Shown in pieces: positions 8,769 to 17,461 of a DNA stretch of 42,202 nt (position 1 is the first letter of the stretch; every line of letters begins with the position of its first letter). The notes beneath the pieces are model-generated. The model saw nothing but the letters and a program-made list of their open reading frames with translations, was not told where the DNA came from and searched no databases. Made by a program: the position numbers and the translations under genes. The DNA comes from a virus (lineage: Duplodnaviria; Caudoviricetes): the IMG/VR virus record IMGVR_UViG_3300023283_000016, positions 1-42,202 of that record, one strand, 5' to 3'.

Positions 8769-10415
8769 GTGACAACTGAAGAGCAGACCGGCGCATCGCC
8801 GCCCACTGCCGCCAAGCGCTACGGGACGCTCGAAGTCGAGCGGCAGCCGTACATTGAGCGCGCAGAAGAGAACGCCAAGTTTACGATTCCGGCACTGATG
8901 CCGCCTCGCGGATCGAACGGTTCGTCGAAAATGTATCAACCGTTCCAGTCGGTCGGCGCTAGAGGCGTCAACAATTTAGCCTCTAAGTTGCTTCTGACTC
9001 TATTGCCTCCCAATTCCCCGTTCTTTCGGCTGGACATTGATGAAGTCGCACTAGAGGAAGCCAAGCAGAACGTTCAAGACCCGGACGAGCGGAACGATCT
9101 ATTGTCCGAGATGCAAGAGGCTCTATCGAAGATCGAAGACCGCATCATGCTGGAAGTCGAATCCAAGCAGATGCGCGTTGCGACCTTTGAGCTTCTCAAG
9201 CAGCTAATTGTGGCCGGAAACGCTCTGGTCCACTTGAAGCCGGACGGCGGCATGCAGGTTTTCACGCTGCCGCAATATGTAGTCAATCGTGATCCGGAAG
9301 GCAACCTTCTGGAAGCGATCATCAAGGAAGAGATTTCCCCACAGATTCTACCGGAGTCTATTCGTCAGTCGGCCATGCAACAGATGGGCAGCGACGGCGA
9401 AAATCCGAAGCAGGACGATTCGGTTGACCTTTACACGCATATCCAGCGAACGGTCAACGACAGCGGAACCGAAAAGTGGACGGTGCATCAGGAAGTTAAT
9501 GGAGAGCGTGTTCCGGAGAGCGAAGGAAGCTACCCGGTTGATCGCCTTCCTTGGCTTTCTCTTACATGGGTCCGCCAGAACGGCGAAGACTATGGCCGCG
9601 CGTTCGTCGAAGAGTATATCGGCGATCTTAAGAGCGCGGAAGGTCTGTCGAAAGCGCTGGTAGAAGGCGGAGCGCTGGCTACGCGCGTCGTCTGGATGGT
9701 GCGTCCTGGTGCTACCACGCGTCCTGCGGCCATCGAGAAAGCCCCGAACGGGGCAGTAATCAAAGGCGACGGGGAAGACCTGTCAACTCTACAGACCGAG
9801 AACGCGGTCGATCTGCGGACGGCCCGCGAGACTCTTCGAGACATCTTGGAGTCTTTGTCCTTCTCGTTTCTGTTGAATACGTCGATCCAGCGCAGCGCTG
9901 AGCGCGTCACCGCCGAAGAGATTCGGTTCATGGCGGGTGAGCTTGAAGATGCCCTGGGCGGCGTATATTCCCGTCTGAGCCAAGAGTTCCAGTTCAGCCT
10001 TGTGAAGATTCTGATGCGTCAGATGTCCAAGGCCAACAAGCTGCCGGACATTCCGGACAGTCTGGTTAAGCCGATAATTACCACCGGACTGGAAGCGCTG
10101 GGCCGCACACACGATCTTCGTAAGCTGGACGTGGCCATTACGCAGCTTGCTTCGGTGCTACCCCCTGAAGTCCTCAACGACTACGTTAAATGGGGTGAGT
10201 ACATACGACGACGGTTCATTGCAGCCGGAGTAGATGACGTGTCGGGTCTTCTCCGAGAAGATGACGAAGTTGAGCAGCTACGCGAGCAACGGCAGGCGCA
10301 GCAGAGCGCCGCTGAACTGACTGGCAAACTAGGTCCGGCTGCTATTAAGGCCGCTCAAGAGCAACAGGACGCTCGGGGCGAAGAATTAGCGGACCAAGCC
10401 CAGCAGCGATCTTAA
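8769..10415 (+). CDS. gp8: Portal (head-tail connector), T7 gp8-like
   Basis: QSVGARGVNNLASKLLLTLLPPNSPFFRL, GEDYGR, ERVTAEEIR and ELEDALGGVYS motifs. Confidence 0.97.
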   Translation: MTTEEQTGASPPTAAKRYGTLEVERQPYIERAEENAKFTIPALMPPRGSNGSSKMYQPFQSVGARGVNNLASKLLLTLLPPNSPFFRLDIDEVALEEAKQNVQDPDERNDLLSEMQEALSKIEDRIMLEVESKQMRVATFELLKQLIVAGNALVHLKPDGGMQVFTLPQYVVNRDPEGNLLEAIIKEEISPQILPESIRQSAMQQMGSDGENPKQDDSVDLYTHIQRTVNDSGTEKWTVHQEVNGERVPESEGSYPVDRLPWLSLTWVRQNGEDYGRAFVEEYIGDLKSAEGLSKALVEGGALATRVVWMVRPGATTRPAAIEKAPNGAVIKGDGEDLSTLQTENAVDLRTARETLRDILESLSFSFLLNTSIQRSAERVTAEEIRFMAGELEDALGGVYSRLSQEFQFSLVKILMRQMSKANKLPDIPDSLVKPIITTGLEALGRTHDLRKLDVAITQLASVLPPEVLNDYVKWGEYIRRRFIAAGVDDVSGLLREDDEVEQLREQRQAQQSAAELTGKLGPAAIKAAQEQQDARGEELADQAQQRS

Positions 10416-10433
10416 ATCCCATAAGGAAACGAC

Positions 10434-10742
10434 ATGAGCAAAGCGAAATCAAACGCATCAGCGGCTAAGCCCGAACCGCAGGTCGAAGTGACTGGCGAAG
10501 CGGGGGCCGAGGATGTCGTCAGTAATGAACCCGAACAGTCGGTGACCGCAGACGGCGGTACGGAAGTCGCGGAAATGCTGGCCGACATGGAAGATCGTCT
10601 GAGCGATCTTGAGGCGAAGCACCGCGAGCTTGATAAGCGCGTGGAGCGAGACAGCGGCCGTCTTCAGCGAGACGCGGCGGCTGCACCGAGCAGTCCTGTG
10701 AACCTCAATCTTCGTAGTGGCAATGTCCGCACGGACAACTAA
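10434..10742 (+). CDS. Hypothetical acidic coiled-coil protein
   Basis: TAAGGA RBS; 102 aa between portal and scaffold. Confidence 0.7.
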   Translation: MSKAKSNASAAKPEPQVEVTGEAGAEDVVSNEPEQSVTADGGTEVAEMLADMEDRLSDLEAKHRELDKRVERDSGRLQRDAAAAPSSPVNLNLRSGNVRTDN

Positions 10743-10747
10743 AAGTT

Positions 10748-11557
10748 ATGTCTGAATCGGTAGAGATTCCCACTGAAGACAGCGGCAATAAGTCTGTCGA
10801 AGATCAAGCCCAAGAGCAGAAGCAGGCGCAAGAGCAGCAGGCTGAAGCATCGCGGAAGGCCGGGGAAGGGCACGACGAGCAGCGACCCGAGTGGCTGCCT
10901 GAGAAGTTTCAGTCGCCCGAAGATATGGCCAAAGCCTATCAAGAGCTAGAGAGAAAGCTGGGCGAGAAGGCGCAATCCGAAGACTCTTCGGCGACGAACC
11001 AAGCTGACGAGAAGGGCGAGGGTTCGGAGGAAGACCAGTCGGATGAACAGGTCGCGAAGTTTGATCTAAGTAAGTACGACCAAGAGTTCCAAGAAACCGG
11101 CGATCTGTCGGATGACAGCCGCGCTGAATTGAAAAAGATGGGGTTCACGAAAGATCGTGTTGACACCTATCTCGCCGGGCTGAAGGCCAGCGACTCGCAG
11201 TATGAAGAGCAGGTAGTTGAAGTTGTTGGCGGGCGCGAGCAGTACGATCAGATGGCACAGTGGGCCAAGAATAATCTAAGCGCCGCTGAGCAGGAAGCCT
11301 ATGACGAAGCCGTGTCCAGCGGAAGCGTTGAGCAGGCCAAGCTGGCTGTCGAGGCGCTGAAGAATCGCTGGCAGGCGTCGGAAGGCGTTGATCCGAGCTT
11401 GATTCGCGGCAAGCCCTCGAACGAGCGAAGTGACGTGTTTAAGTCGTCTGCGCAGATTCGAGAGGCCATGCGCGATCCTCGCTACAAGAACGATCAAGCT
11501 TACCGACAGGCTGTAGACGCCAAGATCGGCCGTTCACCCATCTTTCAACTGAGCTAA
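10748..11557 (+). CDS. gp9: Capsid scaffolding protein, T7 gp9-like
   Basis: RPEWLPEKF..PEDMAKAYQELE, GG.EQY..M..WA and MRDPRYKND.AYR motifs. Confidence 0.93.
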   Translation: MSESVEIPTEDSGNKSVEDQAQEQKQAQEQQAEASRKAGEGHDEQRPEWLPEKFQSPEDMAKAYQELERKLGEKAQSEDSSATNQADEKGEGSEEDQSDEQVAKFDLSKYDQEFQETGDLSDDSRAELKKMGFTKDRVDTYLAGLKASDSQYEEQVVEVVGGREQYDQMAQWAKNNLSAAEQEAYDEAVSSGSVEQAKLAVEALKNRWQASEGVDPSLIRGKPSNERSDVFKSSAQIREAMRDPRYKNDQAYRQAVDAKIGRSPIFQLS

Positions 11558-11559
11558 CC

Positions 11560-11739
11560 ATGTTTGAGTTTTTCTCGGAGAACCGGGAAACTGTCTTGGC
11601 TATTGTCGTGGCCTCGCACGGCCTGGCTCTGGCCATCGTTAATATCACCCCGACTCCCAAAGACAACAAGATTCTCGCCAAGGTTTACCGCATCATTGAG
11701 ATGGTCGCGGGTATTGAAACCCGGCGAGTCAAGGAATAA
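11560..11739 (+). CDS. Putative holin-like membrane protein (59 aa, missed by ORF track)
   Basis: MFEFFSENRETVLAIVVASHGLALAIVNITPTPKDNKILAKVYRIIEMVAG...: hydrophobic helix plus TPTPKD turn, as in small phage holin-like proteins; 2-nt gaps to both neighbours. Confidence 0.65.
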   Translation: MFEFFSENRETVLAIVVASHGLALAIVNITPTPKDNKILAKVYRIIEMVAGIETRRVKE

Positions 11740-11741
11740 TC

Positions 11742-12059
11742 ATGCGAACCATTTTCATTTTGGTCCTGTCGCTGGTGGCTATCGGCTGTGCAAGCAATCA
11801 GCCGCAGCAGGGGCAGGAACAGACGGCGGACAAGATCAACTCGGAGCTTCAGGCGCAGGTGAATGTCTACCTGAATCCGAACGGCGACGGCCCAGCTTCC
11901 GAGAAGATGGCCGAGAGCGTTGACGTAAGCGGCTCCAACATCACTGTTGATTCGTCGGTTCAGGGCAGTTCCGAGCAGTCGGCGAAAGGCGCGACGGCTG
12001 GCAGTGCTGAAGCTGACGGCCAGGTTGACGCGCCGATCAGCGTGACGCCCGGCCCGTAA
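11742..12059 (+). CDS. Lipoprotein (possible spanin or superinfection-exclusion protein)
   Basis: Signal peptide MRTIFILVLSLVAIG followed by Cys (lipobox-like); AAGGA RBS. Confidence 0.7.
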   Translation: MRTIFILVLSLVAIGCASNQPQQGQEQTADKINSELQAQVNVYLNPNGDGPASEKMAESVDVSGSNITVDSSVQGSSEQSAKGATAGSAEADGQVDAPISVTPGP

Positions 12060-12071
12060 TGACGCCCACTC

Positions 12072-12257
12072 ATGCAGCGAAATCTGCGTGTGGGTCGAGG
12101 CTCTATAGCTATCGTCCCGTCATGGTGGGCGGCAACGCTCGGCAATGTCGATGCGAAGGCGGATTCTTCGGTTCTTATCCTTCCTGACGACAAATACACG
12201 CCGGAGCAGCTTATTGAAATGCTCCGGTCCAAAAGTAACGAGAAAACGGAAACCTGA
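12072..12257 (+). CDS. Hypothetical protein
   Basis: 61-aa ORF filling the gap before the ncRNA; weak RBS. Confidence 0.35.
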   Translation: MQRNLRVGRGSIAIVPSWWAATLGNVDAKADSSVLILPDDKYTPEQLIEMLRSKSNEKTET

Positions 12258-12333
12258 AATCGAGGAACACGAACGATCATCGTTTCCTTTCTCCGGCTTT
12301 AGCGTGGTTGAGCCGTAAATCAATCACGCCTCA

Positions 12334-12413
12334 GGGGCGCAGATGGCTTCGCCACTGAAGGAAAACCGCATGCGGTCCTTCGGTGTACCGGGGTTCAATT
12401 CCCCGGCGCTCCA
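12334..12413 (+). ncRNA. tmRNA tRNA-like-domain-only RNA (mini-tmRNA-like, alanine identity elements)
   Basis: Acceptor stem GGGGCGC/GCGCTCC with G3:U70 and discriminator A; stemless D-loop AGATGGCTTCGC; 10-bp helix; T-arm CGGGG-TTCAATT-CCCCG. No tag ORF and no encoded CCA. Confidence 0.8.
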
Positions 12414-12582
12414 TTTCGTTTTGGCTGTTCGGAGTTTGTTGCGACTTCGGCGCAAGCCCATCTTCTCTGTTGGACACCTGCGGGTGTCTGTTGATGGACA
12501 ACTTGATGTTGAAAAGCGGCGGACGAAGACAGCATCTCTCTGTAACACCCCAAAACTCCAAGAGACAACTGAATAGCGAGAA

Positions 12583-13533
12583 GTGGCTAACTACACTCCG
12601 AGTCGTCTTGGTGTAACTGACGCATCCACTGATGGGTCTTTTAGCCAGGACAACGAACTCTTTCTCAAAGTATTCAGCCAGATGGTGCTGACTACCTTTG
12701 AAGAAACAAACGTGATGGGCGCGCTGCATCGCCAGCGGAACATCACCAGCGGTAAGAGCGCCCAGTTCCCCGTCATTGGCACGACCACGGCCGAGTACCA
12801 CTCGCCGGGCGAGGAAATCAAGGGCAACTCGATCAAGCATAACGAGCGCGTGATTAACGTCGATGACAAACTCATCGCCCACGTCTTCGTTGACGAGCTT
12901 GACGAACTCAAGAATCACTACGAAGTACGCGCTGAGTATGCGTCGGTGCTGGGCCGGGCGCTTGCACTGAAGCAGGACAAGCAGCTTATGCAGCTTGTGG
13001 CTCTGGCTGCGCGTGCGTCCGCAACCGTCAACGGCGGCAACGGCGGCACGCAGCTTACCAACGCCAACTTCAAGACGGACGCTTCGACGCTGGCGGCTGG
13101 CCTGTTTGACGCAGCGCAAACGCTGGACGAGAAGGACGTTCCTGGTGAGAACCGTTATGCCGCGCTTCTGCCCGCGCAGTACTACCTGCTGGCGCAGAAC
13201 ACCGACGTGATTAACCGCGATTGGGGCGGCGCTGGTGCGTTCTCCGATGGTACGGTTCTTCGCGTGGCGGGCATCCAGATCGTCAAGAGCAATAACGTTC
13301 CCAGCACGAACGTGTCCGCGACCAGCGGCGAGAACAATACCTATGATGGTGACTTCAGCACCACTGCCGGTATCGTGTGGCATGAGTCCGCAGTCGGCAC
13401 GGTGAACCTGATGAACCTTCGTATGGAAACCGATTACCAAGTGCAGCGTCAGGGTACGCTCATGGTTGCCAAGTTCGCCAAGGGCCACGGCATCCTGCGT
13501 CCCGAGTCGTCTGTTGAACTGAAGACTGCGTAA
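12583..13533 (+). CDS. gp10: Major capsid protein, T7 gp10-like
   Basis: LFLKVFS..VLTTF, RNITSGKSAQFPVIG, NHYEVRAEYA..LGRALA, IVKSNNVP and GHGILRPE motifs. Confidence 0.97.
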   Translation: MANYTPSRLGVTDASTDGSFSQDNELFLKVFSQMVLTTFEETNVMGALHRQRNITSGKSAQFPVIGTTTAEYHSPGEEIKGNSIKHNERVINVDDKLIAHVFVDELDELKNHYEVRAEYASVLGRALALKQDKQLMQLVALAARASATVNGGNGGTQLTNANFKTDASTLAAGLFDAAQTLDEKDVPGENRYAALLPAQYYLLAQNTDVINRDWGGAGAFSDGTVLRVAGIQIVKSNNVPSTNVSATSGENNTYDGDFSTTAGIVWHESAVGTVNLMNLRMETDYQVQRQGTLMVAKFAKGHGILRPESSVELKTA

Positions 13534-13555
13534 TCAGAAAGTGGTGGAATAACTA

Positions 13556-13883
13556 ATGGCTAACGCCCTTACTCCGACTACGCTTCTGTCCGGTCAACAG
13601 TCAAACGGCAACGGTTCTGCGGTCGATCTCAATGGCGCTCTTCAGGGCGACAAGATCGGCATTTTTTGCATACGGTACATGGGACACCGCGACTCTTACG
13701 GTCGAAGTGTTGCATGACGGCACTAACTGGTTCACTCTGGACACGTTTACGGCCGATGGCTACTCGATGAAAGACGTTGTGGCGAATCATATTCGCGCGT
13801 CTGTGTCAAGCGCTGGTGCCTCGACCGACGTGAACTGTGACATCATTGGTGCGGATACCGGCATCAACGCAACCGACAACTAA
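13556..13883 (+). CDS. Putative capsid decoration/accessory protein, split by a +1 frameshift at the T6 run 13662-13667
   Basis: The ATG 13556 frame (MANALTPTTLLSGQQSNGNGSAVDLNGALQGDKIGIF) joins the next frame (AYGTWDTATLTVEV...) if one T is removed, giving 108 aa. Confidence 0.65.
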
Positions 13884-13919
13884 ACCTATTGTTGTTGGAC
13901 AGCAGTAACGACTCTCAAT

Positions 13920-13957
13920 GGGGAGCTTCTGGAACGCCAGAGGCTCCCCTATTTTTT
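13920..13957 (+). terminator. Intrinsic terminator at the T-phi position
   Basis: GGGGAGCTTCTGG-AACG-CCAGAGGCTCCCC hairpin followed by TATTTTTT, after the capsid genes. Confidence 0.9.
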
Positions 13958-13977
13958 AATCCAGCAAGGAAACCACT

Positions 13978-14565
13978 GTGGCTGTTACCTACACAACCAA
14001 ACTAGAGGCGGTCAACGTAATGCTGGCTGGCATTGGCGACTCGCCAGTGAACAGCCTGTCTGGCAGTACCAACGTCAACGTGTCTATGGCGGAAAACACC
14101 TTGGATGCCGTCAGCAAGGAAGTCCAGTTACACGGCTGGTATTTCAACACGGAGCATGACTACGAATTGACTCGCAATAGCAGCGATGAGATTGAAGTTC
14201 CGGCCAATGCCGGGCGAATCCAACTGGATAAGTGGGCATCGGGCAACAGCATTACGGATGCCATCGTCCAGCGAGACATGCGGCTGTATAACAAAGATGA
14301 CCACACGTTCACCTTCGAGGATTCGATAAAGGTGACAGTGGTTTGGCTCTACGACTTCACTGAGCTGCCTGAGCCAACCCGCCAGTACATTATGCGTCGA
14401 GCCACCCGCCGCTTCCAAGAGCAGCAAATCGGCTCCGCTGAGTTGTCGCAGTTCCATCTGCGGGATGAGCTTGAATCTGACGCTATAGCCGGTGAAGACG
14501 ACACGGATCGAGCGGACTACAACGCTCTGCTGGCTCCCGGCGTGCGTGACATTGTTCAAAGGTAA
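13978..14565 (+). CDS. gp11: Tail tubular protein A, T7 gp11-like
   Basis: TKLEAVNVML..IGDSPVNSL, VQLHGWYFN and FTELPEPTRQYI..RATRRFQ motifs. Confidence 0.93.
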   Translation: MAVTYTTKLEAVNVMLAGIGDSPVNSLSGSTNVNVSMAENTLDAVSKEVQLHGWYFNTEHDYELTRNSSDEIEVPANAGRIQLDKWASGNSITDAIVQRDMRLYNKDDHTFTFEDSIKVTVVWLYDFTELPEPTRQYIMRRATRRFQEQQIGSAELSQFHLRDELESDAIAGEDDTDRADYNALLAPGVRDIVQR

Positions 14566-14568
14566 GCG

Positions 14569-16932
14569 ATGCCTCTTGTATCCTCTACGATCCCCAATCT
14601 GATAAATGGGGTATCTCAGCAGGCCGATGCGTTCCGGCTGCCGTCACAGGCCACGCTCCAAGAGAACGCTTACAGTTCGGTGGTAGAGGGACTGAAGAAT
14701 CGTCCTCCGACCGAGCATATCGCCAAGATAGTAAGCGGTGATCCGGGGTCGGTATTCCTGCATACGATCAACCGCGATCCTTCCGAGCGCTACGTTGTTC
14801 TTGTTGAGAACGGTGATCTCCGCGTGTTTGACCTGGCGGGGACGGAACAGACGGTCAACTTTCCGGATGGAAAGGGATATCTCAGCGCCAGTGATCCGTC
14901 CACTGCTTTCCGGGCGACCACGATTAAGGACTTCACCTTTCTGGTCAACACTACAACCACCGCTGCGATGGACTCTACCGCCGACGCGGACCTTGTGCCG
15001 TCAGCCATTGTGTCTATTGATACGGGACACTCCAACCGCGAGTACCGCATCTTCATAAATGGAACCGAGCAGGCGTTTCGGTCGTCCAGCGGCGACACGG
15101 ACACCATTGCGGAAAACTTGCATTCGGACTTAGTGTCCAATCTTGGCACTACGGATTGGACGCTGGAATACGAAACCAACAGTGACACCATCTACATCGC
15201 GAGGGAAGACGGCGCAGACTTCGATATTCGACTCCAAGATGGGGCGGGTGGCGGCTTCACCACTCTGATTAAGAACCGCGCCAATCAGTTCGCCGACTTA
15301 CCCGAACGCGGTTATGTCGATATGCTGGTTGAAATCGAAGGCGACGCTGAGGCCAATGAAGACAACTTTTGGGTCAAGTTCGTTCCGGATGATTCCAATG
15401 ACACCGGCTGGGCTGCTGGTGCATGGGAAGAGACGGCCGCGCCCGGCATTGTAAACAGCTTCGATTCGGCAACCCTGCCGCATCAGTTGGTTCGGGAGTC
15501 CGATGGAACATTCACGTTTGAACAGGTGAATTGGGGCAAGCGAACCGCCGGAGATGCGGATACCGCACCTGATCCATCCTTTATCGGCCAGAAGATATCC
15601 TCCATCTTCTTCTTTCAGAGCCGCCTTGGCCTGACAGCCGGAGAGAATGTTGTGTTCTCTCGAATTGATGAGTTCTTCGATTTCTTTCCGTCGACCGTGA
15701 CGGTGGTTCTGGATGAGAACCCTATTGATTCGGTGGCCAGGCACACCAGGGCCGTGAATATTCACGGCACTGCCGCGATGGATGAAACGCTGGTTCTGTT
15801 CAGCGATCAGACGCAGTTCTTTGTTCGGGGTGAAGACATCCTGACCACAAAGACTATCTCCATAACGCCGAAGACCGAGTACGAGAGCCAGACCACCGCT
15901 GAGCCTATCGCGGTGGGACGGAACCTTTACTTCGCGTTCCCCAACGGTTCCTTTTCGGGCATCAACGAGTACACATTTGATGACCGGGTGGACACCAGTG
16001 ACGCGTTGGACGTTACGGCGAATGTTCCGAAGTACATCAACGGGGACATCACCAAGATCGCCGGGACTACCCTTGAGAGCGCTCTTGTTGTCCTGGCGGA
16101 CGGCGAGAAATCGTCGGCTTGGGTCTACAAGTTTCTCTTTGAAGGCCGTCAGCGCGTACAGTCGTCTTGGAGCAAGTTCAAGTTTCGAGATGATATTCTG
16201 AACGCCGACTTCATTGAGTCCACCTTGTATCTGGTCCTGAAGCGGTCGGACGGGCTGTATCTTGAGTCAATTGACCTGGCCCCTGATGTCACTGATCCCG
16301 GCGCGGAGTACCTGACTCATCTGGATCGACGAATCACGGAGAATGATTGTCAGTCCGTTGCCTACGATTCCGGCGCGGATGAGACGACGTTCACGCTGCC
16401 GTATGCGATTGATGGCGCTGATATGGCCATCGTCGGACGAACCAATGATCCGCAGGGCGATCTCGCTCCCGGCGACGCGCTTACTATTAAGTCGGAAGGC
16501 ACAAACACGCTGGTAGTCAGCGGCGATCACACTGGCGATAACGTTTGGATCGGCCACCGCTATACCATGCGATATCGTCTGTCGACGCTTTACATCCGAG
16601 AGAACCAGCGCCGGGGATCGAGCATCCCCATCACTACCGGAAAGCTTCAGGTTCGCAACGTGACGTTCGACTTGAGTGCTACCGGGCTGGTTAAGGTGGA
16701 AGTCACGCCGACAGGCAGCACCACCTACGAGTATGTCTTCAACGGTAATTCGTTGGGGTCCGGTGGAACGGTAATCGGAAACGTCAACATCGAAGATGGA
16801 ACGTTCCGCGTGCCAATCATGTCCAGCAACACCAACGTCACTATTGACATCGTGAACGACACGTTCCTTCCCTGTCATGTCCTTTCTGCAACCTTCGAGG
16901 CGCTGTTTTTCCGGCGATCTCGCGGAGTCTGA
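14569..16932 (+). CDS. gp12: Tail tubular protein B, T7 gp12-like
   Basis: IPNLINGVSQQ, GLKNRPP, PDPSFIG, FFQSRLG, LFSDQTQF and QSSWSKF motifs. Confidence 0.95.
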   Translation: MPLVSSTIPNLINGVSQQADAFRLPSQATLQENAYSSVVEGLKNRPPTEHIAKIVSGDPGSVFLHTINRDPSERYVVLVENGDLRVFDLAGTEQTVNFPDGKGYLSASDPSTAFRATTIKDFTFLVNTTTTAAMDSTADADLVPSAIVSIDTGHSNREYRIFINGTEQAFRSSSGDTDTIAENLHSDLVSNLGTTDWTLEYETNSDTIYIAREDGADFDIRLQDGAGGGFTTLIKNRANQFADLPERGYVDMLVEIEGDAEANEDNFWVKFVPDDSNDTGWAAGAWEETAAPGIVNSFDSATLPHQLVRESDGTFTFEQVNWGKRTAGDADTAPDPSFIGQKISSIFFFQSRLGLTAGENVVFSRIDEFFDFFPSTVTVVLDENPIDSVARHTRAVNIHGTAAMDETLVLFSDQTQFFVRGEDILTTKTISITPKTEYESQTTAEPIAVGRNLYFAFPNGSFSGINEYTFDDRVDTSDALDVTANVPKYINGDITKIAGTTLESALVVLADGEKSSAWVYKFLFEGRQRVQSSWSKFKFRDDILNADFIESTLYLVLKRSDGLYLESIDLAPDVTDPGAEYLTHLDRRITENDCQSVAYDSGADETTFTLPYAIDGADMAIVGRTNDPQGDLAPGDALTIKSEGTNTLVVSGDHTGDNVWIGHRYTMRYRLSTLYIRENQRRGSSIPITTGKLQVRNVTFDLSATGLVKVEVTPTGSTTYEYVFNGNSLGSGGTVIGNVNIEDGTFRVPIMSSNTNVTIDIVNDTFLPCHVLSATFEALFFRRSRGV

Positions 16933-16936
16933 TCGA

Positions 16937-17461
16937 GTGCAACAGTTAGATATGCGTGTGGCCCAATGCGCGGACGCTTTGGACCTTGACGCTGATCTTC
17001 GAGATTTCGATATCGCCGAAATGAAAGCCACCTACGGCGACCGAGATCGTGTGGGAATTATTGCTCGCGCTATTGTCCAGGCGCGCCCCGCTTATTCGGT
17101 TGTGCGCATCGGCGAAGATAGATGCCTTTTGTTGGCTGGTGTGTCACCGCTAGTGGACGGCCTAGGCGGACTCCCTTGGATGCTGGCGACCAACGACATC
17201 GTTAAGAACCACAGGATAGAGTTGATCCGCCGAAGCCGCCGTTGGCTGCTTAGTCTTCGTAGGGAAGGATATGACTACCTCAGCGGGCTGGTCCCCGCAC
17301 GGCAGACGTTCAGGACGCGATGGATACAGTGGTGCGGCGGGACGCTAGGAAAGCATGTTTCGTGTCCTGACTCACTCGGAAATCCCCAGCGGGAGTTTCA
17401 TATCTATCTCCACCATAATCAATACCTGAATAGGACAACCGATGCCCTTCTCAGCAGCTAA
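16937..17461 (+). CDS. gp13-like protein (internal virion/assembly, possibly acetyltransferase fold)
   Basis: LRDFDIAEM, GLPWMLAT and RWIQWCG patterns plus synteny; GTG start at 16937 with GGAG RBS. Confidence 0.7.
   Translation: MQQLDMRVAQCADALDLDADLRDFDIAEMKATYGDRDRVGIIARAIVQARPAYSVVRIGEDRCLLLAGVSPLVDGLGGLPWMLATNDIVKNHRIELIRRSRRWLLSLRREGYDYLSGLVPARQTFRTRWIQWCGGTLGKHVSCPDSLGNPQREFHIYLHHNQYLNRTTDALLSS

Noticed and set aside
11564-11923. 119-aa ORF from the track
   Set aside because: It overlaps two better-supported genes in other frames (11560-11739 and 11742-12059).
12334-12413. Canonical tRNA-Ala(UGC) or tRNA-Sec
   Set aside because: There is no D-stem and no 5-bp stem with a 7-nt anticodon loop. 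The UGC sits in a tiny hairpin atop a 10-bp helix, and there is no UCA anticodon or long variable arm. The layout fits a tmRNA tRNA-like domain better.
12331-13488. 385-aa minus-strand ORF
   Set aside because: Antisense shadow of the capsid gene, explained by codon bias in a GC-rich genome.
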